Assembly: GCA_029838195.1 (NCBI GenBank)
Contig: JALGVJ010000028.1
Location: forward strand, 1 to 49,631
Source: Promethearchaeota archaeon
GTDB taxonomy: Archaea; Asgardarchaeota; Lokiarchaeia; Sigyniarchaeales; SOKP01
Length of the DNA stretch: 49,631 bases
Reading direction: 5' to 3'
The notes below the pieces were generated by a model. That model made no database searches, was not told the DNA's origin, and worked only from the letters and a program-made list of their open reading frames with translations. Shown in pieces: positions 1 to 9,114 of the stretch (position 1 is the stretch's first letter; each line of letters opens with the position of its first letter). The translations under genes were made by a program, and so were the position numbers.

Positions 1-128
1 CTCTTTTATTTTTGATTCGGGACCTAAATACCTCTGCCAGATTCTAGTTGGCTTTCCGTTAATTCTTGCAGTCTCTTCCAGGTAGAGATATACGTTTCCT
101 TTAATTTTTTTTTTACTAAATGGACCAT
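1..128 (-). mobile_element. IS1634-family transposase, 5' end only (runs off window), with -1 frameshift in an A10 run
   Basis: Manual translation: ATG at 128 gives MVHLVKKK. The -1 frame continues IKGNVYLYLEETARINGKPTRIWQRYLGPESKIK, matching the typical IS1634 N-terminus (KKIKGxxYxYLxExxRxNGKPxxxWQxYLG). Element end not located. Confidence 0.75.
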
Positions 129-677
129 TATATATAGTTAGTGTATACGACTATTTAAGCTTAGCGGTAAGGATCGTGACCATCACTTGACTTTCCTTGT
201 CATGAAGATCAATGGTTGGTGTACACGGGCATTTTTTCATGACAAGATAATGAACTCGCATGAATGCTTCTCCAAATCAAGAAACCCTAATTAAAGCTGA
301 TATTTTACGGCTAATTAGGACAAGTAAAATAATGTCGGTTTGAATATCAAAGCTAAATTTACAATTTCCTTTTTCTTTAAAAACTTATACCTGATAAGGA
401 ATCTTTCTCAATATTATTCCTTCTCCTTATCATTATAATTTTTAGTATTATTTCTGGGCATTATTTAAAGTATTTAGAAAAAACTTCAAAACCATAATGC
501 CAAAAGAATGCTTTATGAATCCATTCTTTCTAATAAAATAAGGATTTATGTTCCCATTTTAATCTATTTTTCTTCATGATGGTTATTTTCTTGAATTGAT
601 GAATAATTATTTTTATTGCTTATTATTATTTCATGAGTAATTAATATACATGATAAAAAAAATGATTTCATAATAAA

Positions 678-1157
678 ATGTCTGAAAATAGAGTAGAAAT
701 AAACCCTTATGATTACATGAACCATTTCATGAAAAGAGCAGCATTGCTCGTTTCCATGGGAAAGGATGGCAAACTAAACGTGATGGCGCTATTATGGAAA
801 ACTATTGGCGAATTATGGATGATTCCAGTTATAACCGTTGCTGTTTCACCCAGCCGTTATACTTTTGAACTTTTAACTAAAGGAGTAAAAGAATTCACGG
901 TGAACATCCCCTCAGATCGAAATGAGCATGCGATTGATACGTGTGGCACGTTGTCTGGAAGAAACACCGATAAATTTAAAGAGGCGGGTCTTGAAGTCAT
1001 TGAAGGAAAAAGAACGTCTGTACCTACGATTAAAGATTCCGATTTAGCGTACGAGTGTCAAATTGTCCATGAAGCCGATTCTGGATCCATGGCTAGTCAT
1101 CATTTATTTTTCGGGAAAATTCTCACGGCTTATGCCTCGAAAGAAATAATTAACTAA
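678..1157 (+). CDS. Flavin reductase-like (FMN-binding split barrel) protein
   Basis: Motifs NVM..W, SPSRYT, EFTVN, CGTLSGRNTDKF, YECQI, HHLFFG. Confidence 0.85.
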   Translation: MSENRVEINPYDYMNHFMKRAALLVSMGKDGKLNVMALLWKTIGELWMIPVITVAVSPSRYTFELLTKGVKEFTVNIPSDRNEHAIDTCGTLSGRNTDKFKEAGLEVIEGKRTSVPTIKDSDLAYECQIVHEADSGSMASHHLFFGKILTAYASKEIIN

Positions 1158-1261
1158 TTCACGCTTATTTTTTTATTATTTTTTCATTACAATTGTTTCT
1201 TTTTAAGAAAAGAAAAAAGTTTTTTAATTTTTATAAGATTTATCGAATTATAAATAATTTT

Positions 1262-2689
1262 ATGAAGGAGAATAATATCGTGGAATTTATTGAAGAACTT
1301 CCGAAAAAAATTCCCATTATGGCCGAAACCGACGTTTTAGTGGTAGGAGGTGGTCCTGCGGGCATTGCTGCTGCATTATCGGCCTCTAGACAAGGTGTTA
1401 AAACAATTATTCTTGAGCGATATGGTTTTTTTGGTGGAGTGATTACTCAAGCCATGATAGGGACAATTGCTTGGTATCGATATGCTCAAACCGTGGATGC
1501 CGGAGGTATTCAAGAGGAAATTGAAAGAAAAGCGAAAGAAATGGGGGCTAGCATAGATATCATCGGAAACGTTAAAAACAAGGAAATGGTGGAAACTCTT
1601 GAAAAAGAGGGGTTGATGGTAAATGGTAAATCAACTTACGAAGTTTTGGATACGGAACTGTTTAAATACGTTATAGATGAGATGCTGCAAGAGTCTGGAG
1701 TAACACCTATATTACATTGCTGGGCTACGGATGCATTAATGGAAGGAGAAGTGATAAAAGGAGTAATCACGGAAAGCAAGTCGGGAAGACAAGCAATTTT
1801 AGCCAAGCGAGTTATTGATGCTACAGGAGATGCCGACATTGCATTTCATGCGGGTGCTCCATTTCGCAAAAACCCAAAAAACGAATTGATGGAAGTCACC
1901 ACGAATTTCGGATGTAGTGGCGTTAAAATTGGGAAATTTTTAATGTATATTTATTTAAATCCGGGTAAAATAGGAGATTGGGGAATGGGAGGTGAAACTG
2001 AGGGCTCTTCGGAATCTTTTAGTTCATACCTCGTTGAACCCTTTAAAAAAGCGAAAGAAGCAGGGGAAATTCCGAAAGATGTATTGTTAGAATCATATTG
2101 GGGATGTTATACGGACGCAGGCGAAATTCCTTCTTTAAATGCTGTTCACATGACAAACATAGATTGCACGGATGTATGGGATTTAACTAGAGCGGAAATT
2201 GAAGGAAGGAAACGCGTGGTGTGGGCACTCGAAGCATTACGTAAGTATACCCCTGGTTTTGAAAAAGCCCGTTTGAGAAATATAGGAACCTCTTTAGGCA
2301 CGCGAGAATCGAGAAAAATAATTGGAGAATATAATATTACCGAACACGATGTAAAAAATCAGGCGAGATTCGATGATTCAATAGGAATTTGCCCGGAGTT
2401 CGTGGATGGATATGGAGTTGCCATTTTACCCATAACAGGAAGATATTTTCAAGTTCCTTATAAAATAACTGTTCCCTTAAAAGTGGAAAATTTACTCGTT
2501 GCTGGACGGTGCGTGGCAGGAGATAAAATTTCTCATGCTGCCACGCGGCAGATGTGCTGTTGTATTGTTACGGGACAAGGTGCGGGTGTTGCGGCTGCAC
2601 AATCTATTAAAGAAGATGTCTATTGTCGAGAGGTAAATATTTCGAAAGTGCAAGAAATCTTAAAAGAGAAAGGAGTCCGTATAGACTAA
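1262..2689 (+). CDS. FAD-dependent oxidoreductase (FAD_oxidored family)
   Basis: DVLVVGGGPAG Rossmann motif, IDATGDADIA, RESRKIIG, NLLVAGRC, GQGAGVAAA. Start moved from TTG 1193 to ATG 1262 (MKENN) because the upstream part is AT-rich low complexity. Confidence 0.85.
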   Translation: MKENNIVEFIEELPKKIPIMAETDVLVVGGGPAGIAAALSASRQGVKTIILERYGFFGGVITQAMIGTIAWYRYAQTVDAGGIQEEIERKAKEMGASIDIIGNVKNKEMVETLEKEGLMVNGKSTYEVLDTELFKYVIDEMLQESGVTPILHCWATDALMEGEVIKGVITESKSGRQAILAKRVIDATGDADIAFHAGAPFRKNPKNELMEVTTNFGCSGVKIGKFLMYIYLNPGKIGDWGMGGETEGSSESFSSYLVEPFKKAKEAGEIPKDVLLESYWGCYTDAGEIPSLNAVHMTNIDCTDVWDLTRAEIEGRKRVVWALEALRKYTPGFEKARLRNIGTSLGTRESRKIIGEYNITEHDVKNQARFDDSIGICPEFVDGYGVAILPITGRYFQVPYKITVPLKVENLLVAGRCVAGDKISHAATRQMCCCIVTGQGAGVAAAQSIKEDVYCREVNISKVQEILKEKGVRID

Positions 2690-2805
2690 CCCATGGGTTT
2701 CAAGAAGGAAAATTGGCATGGATAAATTTATTATTTTTTAAATTTATTTTTTTTACAAACGGATTTAAAAAAGAGTTCAATTAAAGATATAGAGGCGAAA
2801 TTTTA

Positions 2806-4239
2806 ATTTTAGAGCCACTGGTATTAAATTGTAGTGAATGCAATCGAGTATTTCAATTCCAAGTTATTAAGTATAGATGTCCCAAATGTGGGGGATTATT
2901 ATGGTACAGGCCAGATCTTGAAAAAATCGACCCTCGCTTCCTAAAACAAAGAGATATACGGAATTTTTGGGATTTTAAAGGGATCCTACCGAAAATTCGA
3001 AAGGAATTCATGATTTCTTTAGGAGAGGGGGCCACGCCTTGTAAATCTTCCAAAAATTTAGGGACCATTTTGGGAATAAAACATTTATTTTTAAAGGACG
3101 AAATTCAGAATCCCACAAATTCTTTTAAAGATCGCACGGCAGCATTATTAATTTCTCATGCGAGAAGCTGGAAATTTCGAAAGGTAATATGTGCATCCAA
3201 TGGAAATCAAGGGGCTTCTATTGCCGCCTATACTTCTCTTGAAGGAATGGGGTGCTTGAATATCATTCCTGAAGAGGTGGATGTTGGTAAAAAGGCGCAA
3301 ATGATTGCCTATAATTCAAAAATACTTGCAAGAGGAAAAACTGTTGATGATGCATTAGAAGAGGCTTTAAAAGAAAAATATATGAAAAAATATTATCAGT
3401 GTACTCCGGAATTTAATCCCTTGACTCTTGAAGGAGAAAAAACCATCGCTCATGAAATATTTATCCAAATTGGCTTGCCGGACTGGGTTATCATCCCAAT
3501 GGGAAGCGGCGGTTTATTAATAAGCATTTGGAAAGGATTTAAAGAGCTTTTAGAATTAGATTTAATCACGGAGATGCCTAAACTTGTAGGAGTTCAATCT
3601 CAAGCATGTGCCCCCATAGTAAATAGTTTTCATGAGAATGATCTTAATTATAAAAAAAATCCCTTGACCCTTAAGTCTCAAGCATTAGGGATAATGGTTA
3701 AAAAACCAATTTATCAAAATCTTGTCGTGAAGGCATTGAAAGAAAATCGCGGAGTGGCTTTAGCAATTCCCGAAAATCTAATTTTAACTTCTGAGGCAGA
3801 ACTTGCAAGAAATGAAGGAATCTTTGCCGAACCTGCTTCTGTATTGACGATTGCTGCATTACGAATGTTAATCCAAGAGGGAACTATTCATGAAGATGAT
3901 AAAGTTGCTTGCCTAATCACCGGGAGCGGTCTAAAAACACCCCATGTATTGGAAGCCTTATCTTCAAGGACTAAAACGGCCGGATTTGGAGGGATCCTCA
4001 GTACAAAATTAAAAATATTATCTCAAATCTCATTATCTAATCAAACAGGCATTTATGGAGCTAAATTGAAAGAAGTAATGGGCACCATTTCGTTACCTGC
4101 TATATATCAACATCTTAAGGAGTTAGAATCGAAAAATCTCATCTATAGAAAAAAAAAAGGGAAAAATGTTTATTATTTCATTTCGGAAAAAGGGCAGAAA
4201 GTCCTTGAAGCATTGGAAATACTAATTAACTTGCTTTAA
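2806..4239 (+). CDS. thrC: Threonine synthase-like fold-type II PLP enzyme with N-terminal Zn ribbon and C-terminal winged-HTH
   Basis: NPTNSFKDR PLP lysine, ASNGN, PMGSGG, EPAS, TGSGLK. The frame is open upstream of ATG 3010 to TAA 2782 and encodes CSEC..CPKCGG. Probable ATT start at 2806 after GAGGCGA. C-terminal ~80 aa are wHTH-like (LPAIYQHLKELESKNLI..YYFISEKG). Confidence 0.8.
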   Translation: MLEPLVLNCSECNRVFQFQVIKYRCPKCGGLLWYRPDLEKIDPRFLKQRDIRNFWDFKGILPKIRKEFMISLGEGATPCKSSKNLGTILGIKHLFLKDEIQNPTNSFKDRTAALLISHARSWKFRKVICASNGNQGASIAAYTSLEGMGCLNIIPEEVDVGKKAQMIAYNSKILARGKTVDDALEEALKEKYMKKYYQCTPEFNPLTLEGEKTIAHEIFIQIGLPDWVIIPMGSGGLLISIWKGFKELLELDLITEMPKLVGVQSQACAPIVNSFHENDLNYKKNPLTLKSQALGIMVKKPIYQNLVVKALKENRGVALAIPENLILTSEAELARNEGIFAEPASVLTIAALRMLIQEGTIHEDDKVACLITGSGLKTPHVLEALSSRTKTAGFGGILSTKLKILSQISLSNQTGIYGAKLKEVMGTISLPAIYQHLKELESKNLIYRKKKGKNVYYFISEKGQKVLEALEILINLL

Positions 4240-4261
4240 AAGATTAGAAAAAAAAAATTAA

Positions 4262-4876
4262 TTAATCATCCATTAAATAAATCTTAGAAAATGCTTGAGG
4301 GAACGTATCTATAATTCTTTTTCGGGTAGAACCGATGAAAATGCAAGCAATTGTTGCACCTAATCCTAATTGAATGATCCCATTGAAAATAAATTCGTAA
4401 AATGCTGCAGGAACACCAAATAGCATGATCTCATACAAAAAATATCCAAACACCATTACTAAGCCACCACAAATCACGGCTACGATATCTCGTATTTTTA
4501 ATTTTGAATGGTTAATTCGAGGATGAGAGATCATTCCTACGATGAAACCTTCTAATCCTTTAATAATCAAGGTAGCTGGGGCATAAATGGGATATCCAAG
4601 AAGAAGGTCTGCTAAAGCTGAACCTATTCCTCCAGCTAGCCCTCCAATAAGAGGACCTAATAGCATTCCCGTGATCATGACACCCGCATCACCAATATTA
4701 ATAAATCCTTGAGTTGCCGGAATTGGAATAGAAATGATCATTGTTAAAACGCAATTCATGGCAGCAAAAATCCCAATCATGGCAATATTCATGCTATTAG
4801 TTGGAAAAAGATAACCAAAAAAATGTTTAGCCTGGGTTTTAAACTCTTTTTCTTCTTTAATTGCTTCTTGATCCAT
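4262..4876 (-). CDS. ECF transporter S component (HmpT/PdxU2-like, COG4720 type)
   Basis: About 6 TM segments; GFINIGDAGV, GGIGSALADLLLGY, APATLIIKGLEG signature. Confidence 0.85.
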   Translation of the reverse strand: MDQEAIKEEKEFKTQAKHFFGYLFPTNSMNIAMIGIFAAMNCVLTMIISIPIPATQGFINIGDAGVMITGMLLGPLIGGLAGGIGSALADLLLGYPIYAPATLIIKGLEGFIVGMISHPRINHSKLKIRDIVAVICGGLVMVFGYFLYEIMLFGVPAAFYEFIFNGIIQLGLGATIACIFIGSTRKRIIDTFPQAFSKIYLMDD

Positions 4877-4895
4877 GATTTCTCAGTTTTATTTA

Positions 4896-4943
4896 TATCT
4901 AGGTTATGACTTATATATGTTTATCTAGGTTATAACTTATATA
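4896..4943. promoter_or_regulatory. Tandem 22-bp imperfect palindromes (candidate repressor operators) overlapping the TATA box of the ECF S-component gene
   Basis: TATCTAGGTTATGACTTATATA (4896-4917) and TATCTAGGTTATAACTTATATA (4922-4943): one mismatch, 26-bp period, dyad core GTTATAAC. A minus-strand TTTATATA box overlaps the second copy. Confidence 0.65.
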
Positions 4944-5119
4944 AATTTTTTGGTTTTTACATCATCCCACTAAATTTTATAAATTCAAGGACAGCTCAGT
5001 ATTTTCTGGGGCAAATCAATTTATTTTAAAGAATTTTTCATTTTAGTATCTCGTTGTTTTTATTCTACCAAGAGAGATAAAGTATAAAACCTTTAATTCT
5101 TTTTAATTTGTGATTTACC

Positions 5120-6256
5120 GTGATAGATTACCATTTCAATAAGGAAAAAGGGTGTCCATTAAAATTATTCACGCCTGGTCCTATACAAGTTCCGGATCGC
5201 GTGCTTGAAGCTTTGGCAAGGCCAAACGATACACATCGCTCGGAAGCCTATGAAGAGATGCATCAGATTGCTGTGGAAGGACTTAAGAAATTATTATACA
5301 CGGAAAATGAATGTTTTATAATGACATGCAGTGCAACGGGTATCATGGAAGCGTGCGTGCGAAATCTATTGGATAAAGATGAAAAAGGTCTTTTTTTCTC
5401 CATTGGAGCTTTTGGAGATAGATGGTACAATGTAGGACTCGATAATGGAAAAAATGCAATTAAATCAAGTGTAGAATGGGGAATGGCATTAAAACCTGAA
5501 TTCGTGAAAGAAATATTATCAAAAGATAAATACTCTGTCGTTTTTCTCCAATCAAATGAAACTTCCACGGGAGTATATAATCCCATTTATGAAATTGTAC
5601 CTATAATTAAAGACTATGGGGCATTAGTTTGCGTGGATGCGACTTCCTCAATGGCCGGAGTAAAAATCGAAGTTGATAAATTAGAAATTGATGTGTGCTT
5701 GGCTTCTGTTCAAAAATGTTTAGCACTTCCCCCTGGATTAGCAGTATGTTCTGTTTCAGAGAAGGCCCTTGAAAAAACAAAAACCGTAAAAAATCGGGGC
5801 CATTATTTTGATTTCCTTACTTATTTAAAGAAAAATAAGAGCCACCAAACTCCGAACACGCCTTCCATCCCTCAAATCAGAGGACTGATTGTTCAATTAG
5901 ATTATATATTAAAAGAAGAAGGACTGGAGAAGAGATTTGAAAGGCATGAGAGATTAGGAAAGCGAACGAGGATGTGGGCTCGGGATATGGCTCTCGAAAT
6001 GTTCTCGGAACGAAATTATGAATCGAATACGGTCTCTACAATGAAAAATACCTTACAGATTGAATGTGCGGAAATGGTCCAAAAATTATTGTTAAAAGGT
6101 TACCGTATAACCAATGGATATGGCCCTTTAGCAAATAAAACTTTTAGAATCGGACACATGGGAGAGATACAATTAAAAGATCTTGAAGAAATGTTAAAAG
6201 TTCTGACAGATATCATTGCTGACTTACGATTAGAAAAATTAAATCAAAATAAATAA
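5120..6256 (+). CDS. Class V PLP aminotransferase (serine-pyruvate/alanine-glyoxylate family)
   Basis: FTPGP, NETSTG, VDATSS, SVQKCLALPPG (PLP Lys), FRIGHMG. Confidence 0.9.
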   Translation: MIDYHFNKEKGCPLKLFTPGPIQVPDRVLEALARPNDTHRSEAYEEMHQIAVEGLKKLLYTENECFIMTCSATGIMEACVRNLLDKDEKGLFFSIGAFGDRWYNVGLDNGKNAIKSSVEWGMALKPEFVKEILSKDKYSVVFLQSNETSTGVYNPIYEIVPIIKDYGALVCVDATSSMAGVKIEVDKLEIDVCLASVQKCLALPPGLAVCSVSEKALEKTKTVKNRGHYFDFLTYLKKNKSHQTPNTPSIPQIRGLIVQLDYILKEEGLEKRFERHERLGKRTRMWARDMALEMFSERNYESNTVSTMKNTLQIECAEMVQKLLLKGYRITNGYGPLANKTFRIGHMGEIQLKDLEEMLKVLTDIIADLRLEKLNQNK

Positions 6257-6345
6257 AAGTAAAAAGTAAAAAAGGACCGTTCTTTTACCTGATTTAAGAT
6301 TGGTTAAGAATGGAACTGTTCTTGCTTCTTTTTGGATTTACGTGT

Positions 6346-6756
6346 TTAAACTTTATCTAAAACGAGTAATTTAGGTAGCTTCAACAATAATCTAAGGTTT
6401 CTTCCCGTCGTGCCCTTATTAAATCTTAATTTTCTCAAACCAAATTTATTTTTTTTCAAGAGCATGTGTAAAATCGAATATTGGCCATTTGAAAAATATA
6501 ACAGATCTTCGGGATCTGCCATTATTTCTAAGTCAAAAACATCCAATTTCCCTCGTTCTAAATTAAATTCTCCCTCACCAGCAGTGAGATTTACCCAAAA
6601 ATAATAATCCTTCTCAAGTTGCAAGCCTATATTAACTCGCGCTTTAAACGTTTGTAATAATTTATGATTTTTTGGATTTCGTTTTTTATCAATAATAATA
6701 CTGTCAATTACCGCCTTAAAAGTTGAAAACAAGTTTTCTTTTTCGGCTTCTTCCAA
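6346..6756 (-). CDS. Hypothetical protein, possibly SCP2-like fold
   Basis: Clean ORF; GAGGTGA SD 5 nt before TTG 6756 (track start is GTG 6765). The DLEIMADPEDL pattern resembles SCP2. Confidence 0.55.
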   Translation of the reverse strand: MEEAEKENLFSTFKAVIDSIIIDKKRNPKNHKLLQTFKARVNIGLQLEKDYYFWVNLTAGEGEFNLERGKLDVFDLEIMADPEDLLYFSNGQYSILHMLLKKNKFGLRKLRFNKGTTGRNLRLLLKLPKLLVLDKV

Positions 6757-7244
6757 TCTCCTCACCTCATATTTTCAATCATTTCTGAAAGATTTTAAAT
6801 TTATATAGAAGTTAATTTTTATTAAATAAAAATTTTCAACATTAAATATGGAAAAATAATTTTATTCTTTTTTAAATATCGATGCAAAGATAAGATTTTA
6901 AGGATACCTTACGCAAATATGAATAACAATAAATTGTATTCCCGGTTTTAACTAAAACAATTACTTAAAATCGAAAAATTTCAGCGACCAAGGCGAATGT
7001 TGTAGTAAGTAAAAAATCTTTTTTTTTCTCGTGCTGGCTGAACAAGCTATTTTCCCCGGCTCAATTACTTTCTCTTAATTTAATTAAGATGAGATATTCT
7101 TTCAAATGAGAATATTTCCATTTGCAGAGTAAATGATATGAATATTATTGATTCTGGGATTAACATTTTTCTAAATCGAAAAATATAATTTTTTTATCTT
7201 ATACCATTGAAATAAATTTAAAAATTCTGATAAGATCGAAGCTA

Positions 7245-8975
7245 ATGGAAATTCCCAAAGGAGAGCAGACCATTTTAAAAGCAATGGAAAAATTGGTTGG
7301 ACGTCCCATTCCAAGATTAGATTACTTATTACCTCAGATTATCGGTTATAAAGTATCAGATAATTACGTGAGCGGCTTAAGTCTGTTCTACTGTGGCCTG
7401 AAAATATTTCCTACCTATGTAAAAACTTTTTCACAATTAAAAGAACTATATTTAAGAGGAAATGATATTTACTTAAGAAATCCCGATATACCTTCTTTAC
7501 CCTCACTAGAAATTTTAGATCTTAGTGAAAATAAATTAAAAACGCTTCCAGGAAAGTTTGCTGAATTTAATTCTCTCAAAGAACTTTATTTAGAATCGAA
7601 TTTATTAACAACTTTACCACCAGCTTTTAAATCATTATTGCACCTGGAAATTTTAGATGTAAGCGATAATGATTTAATTCAATTCCCGGCTGTTATCAAA
7701 TATTTTGAAAATTTAAAACAACTTGATCTAAGTCATAACAAAATTACAGAACTCTCTGAAGAAATATCTTCTTTAAAAGCATTAGAGATCCTCTATTTAG
7801 GTAATAATCAATTATCAGCTTTACCAGAAACCATATCTTCCTTAAAATCTCTAAAACGATTAAATTTAATCAATAATAAACTTACAAATTTGCCTGAAAC
7901 GATTAGTTCCTTACCGTCTCTTCATTCTCTTTTTTTAAAAAATAATCATTTACAAGAACTACCCGAAACTATGGGAAATCTTAAAGAGCTTAGATATTTA
8001 GGATTAAGTCAAAACCAACTGAAAACACTTCCTGAAACCATTGGTAATTTAATTAATCTTGAAAATTTAAATTTAAGCATGAATAAGCTTGTTTCCTTGC
8101 CCGAATCTATTGGAAATTTAAAAAACTTACTACGATTAGAACTCTCGAAAAACCAACTATTAAAAATGCCCACATCAATTGGAAAATTAAAATTACTTCA
8201 GAGATTAAACCTTAATTGCAATCATCTCACGGAACTCCCGGATACCATTGGAAATTTAGACTCATTACAGTTCCTCATGCTTGATCGAAATAATTTAATA
8301 CGATTACCCCAATCGATTGGAAATCTAATTTCTTTAAAGGAAATGGATTTATATGATAATGATTTAGAAACCTTGCCCGAAACCATCGGAAATCTTTTAA
8401 ATTTAAATCTCCTGGATCTAAGTAAAAATAAATTGAAAACCTTACCGAATTCTATGGGGATGCTTACTTCATTGCGTGAATTGGATTTGAGCAATAATAA
8501 TTTAGAACGATTACCCGAATCCATTGGAAATTTGAGCTCTTTACGTAATCTAATTATAGGATTTAATAATTTAACGAATATTCCAGGCTCTATTGGCTTT
8601 TTATCACCCTTGGAAGTATTAGATTTGGGTAAAAATAAATTAACGTCCATTCCTAAAGAAATTGGAAATTTAAAATCTTTAAAATATCTCTATCTTTATT
8701 ATAATAATTTAGAATCGCTTCCAGAATCTATTGGAAACCTTATAGCTCTAAAATACCTGTATTTAGGGAACAATCAGCTTACATCGCTTCCAAAATCGAT
8801 AAAAAATTTAAAATCTCTAAAGTACCTCTTTTTAAGAAGTAATAAATTAAAAGCATTACCTAATTTGGATAATTTAAAAAATTTAAAATATGTCAATGTG
8901 GAAAAAAATCAATGGAGCACTTTTCCTGAATTCTTGGACGATTTGATTGAAAAAGGGATAAAAGTATATAAATGA
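7245..8975 (+). CDS. Leucine-rich repeat protein (about 22 x 23-aa LRRs)
   Basis: Repeated LxxLxLxxNxLxxLPxxIGNL units; no additional catalytic domain visible. Confidence 0.95.
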   Translation: MEIPKGEQTILKAMEKLVGRPIPRLDYLLPQIIGYKVSDNYVSGLSLFYCGLKIFPTYVKTFSQLKELYLRGNDIYLRNPDIPSLPSLEILDLSENKLKTLPGKFAEFNSLKELYLESNLLTTLPPAFKSLLHLEILDVSDNDLIQFPAVIKYFENLKQLDLSHNKITELSEEISSLKALEILYLGNNQLSALPETISSLKSLKRLNLINNKLTNLPETISSLPSLHSLFLKNNHLQELPETMGNLKELRYLGLSQNQLKTLPETIGNLINLENLNLSMNKLVSLPESIGNLKNLLRLELSKNQLLKMPTSIGKLKLLQRLNLNCNHLTELPDTIGNLDSLQFLMLDRNNLIRLPQSIGNLISLKEMDLYDNDLETLPETIGNLLNLNLLDLSKNKLKTLPNSMGMLTSLRELDLSNNNLERLPESIGNLSSLRNLIIGFNNLTNIPGSIGFLSPLEVLDLGKNKLTSIPKEIGNLKSLKYLYLYYNNLESLPESIGNLIALKYLYLGNNQLTSLPKSIKNLKSLKYLFLRSNKLKALPNLDNLKNLKYVNVEKNQWSTFPEFLDDLIEKGIKVYK

Positions 8976-9114
8976 TATTAATTAGACCTTTAATCCTCAA
9001 TTCTTTAACTTTTAAAATTCATCTACCATCCTTTCCCATTTTAACCCATGTCAAACTTAAATAATTATAAAATCATTATTCTTAACAAATCAATTAAATT
9101 TAATTTTACACGTC

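Noticed and set aside
4896-4943. 22-bp repeat pair as a mini-CRISPR
   Set aside because: Only 4 nt between copies, two units, and no cas genes.
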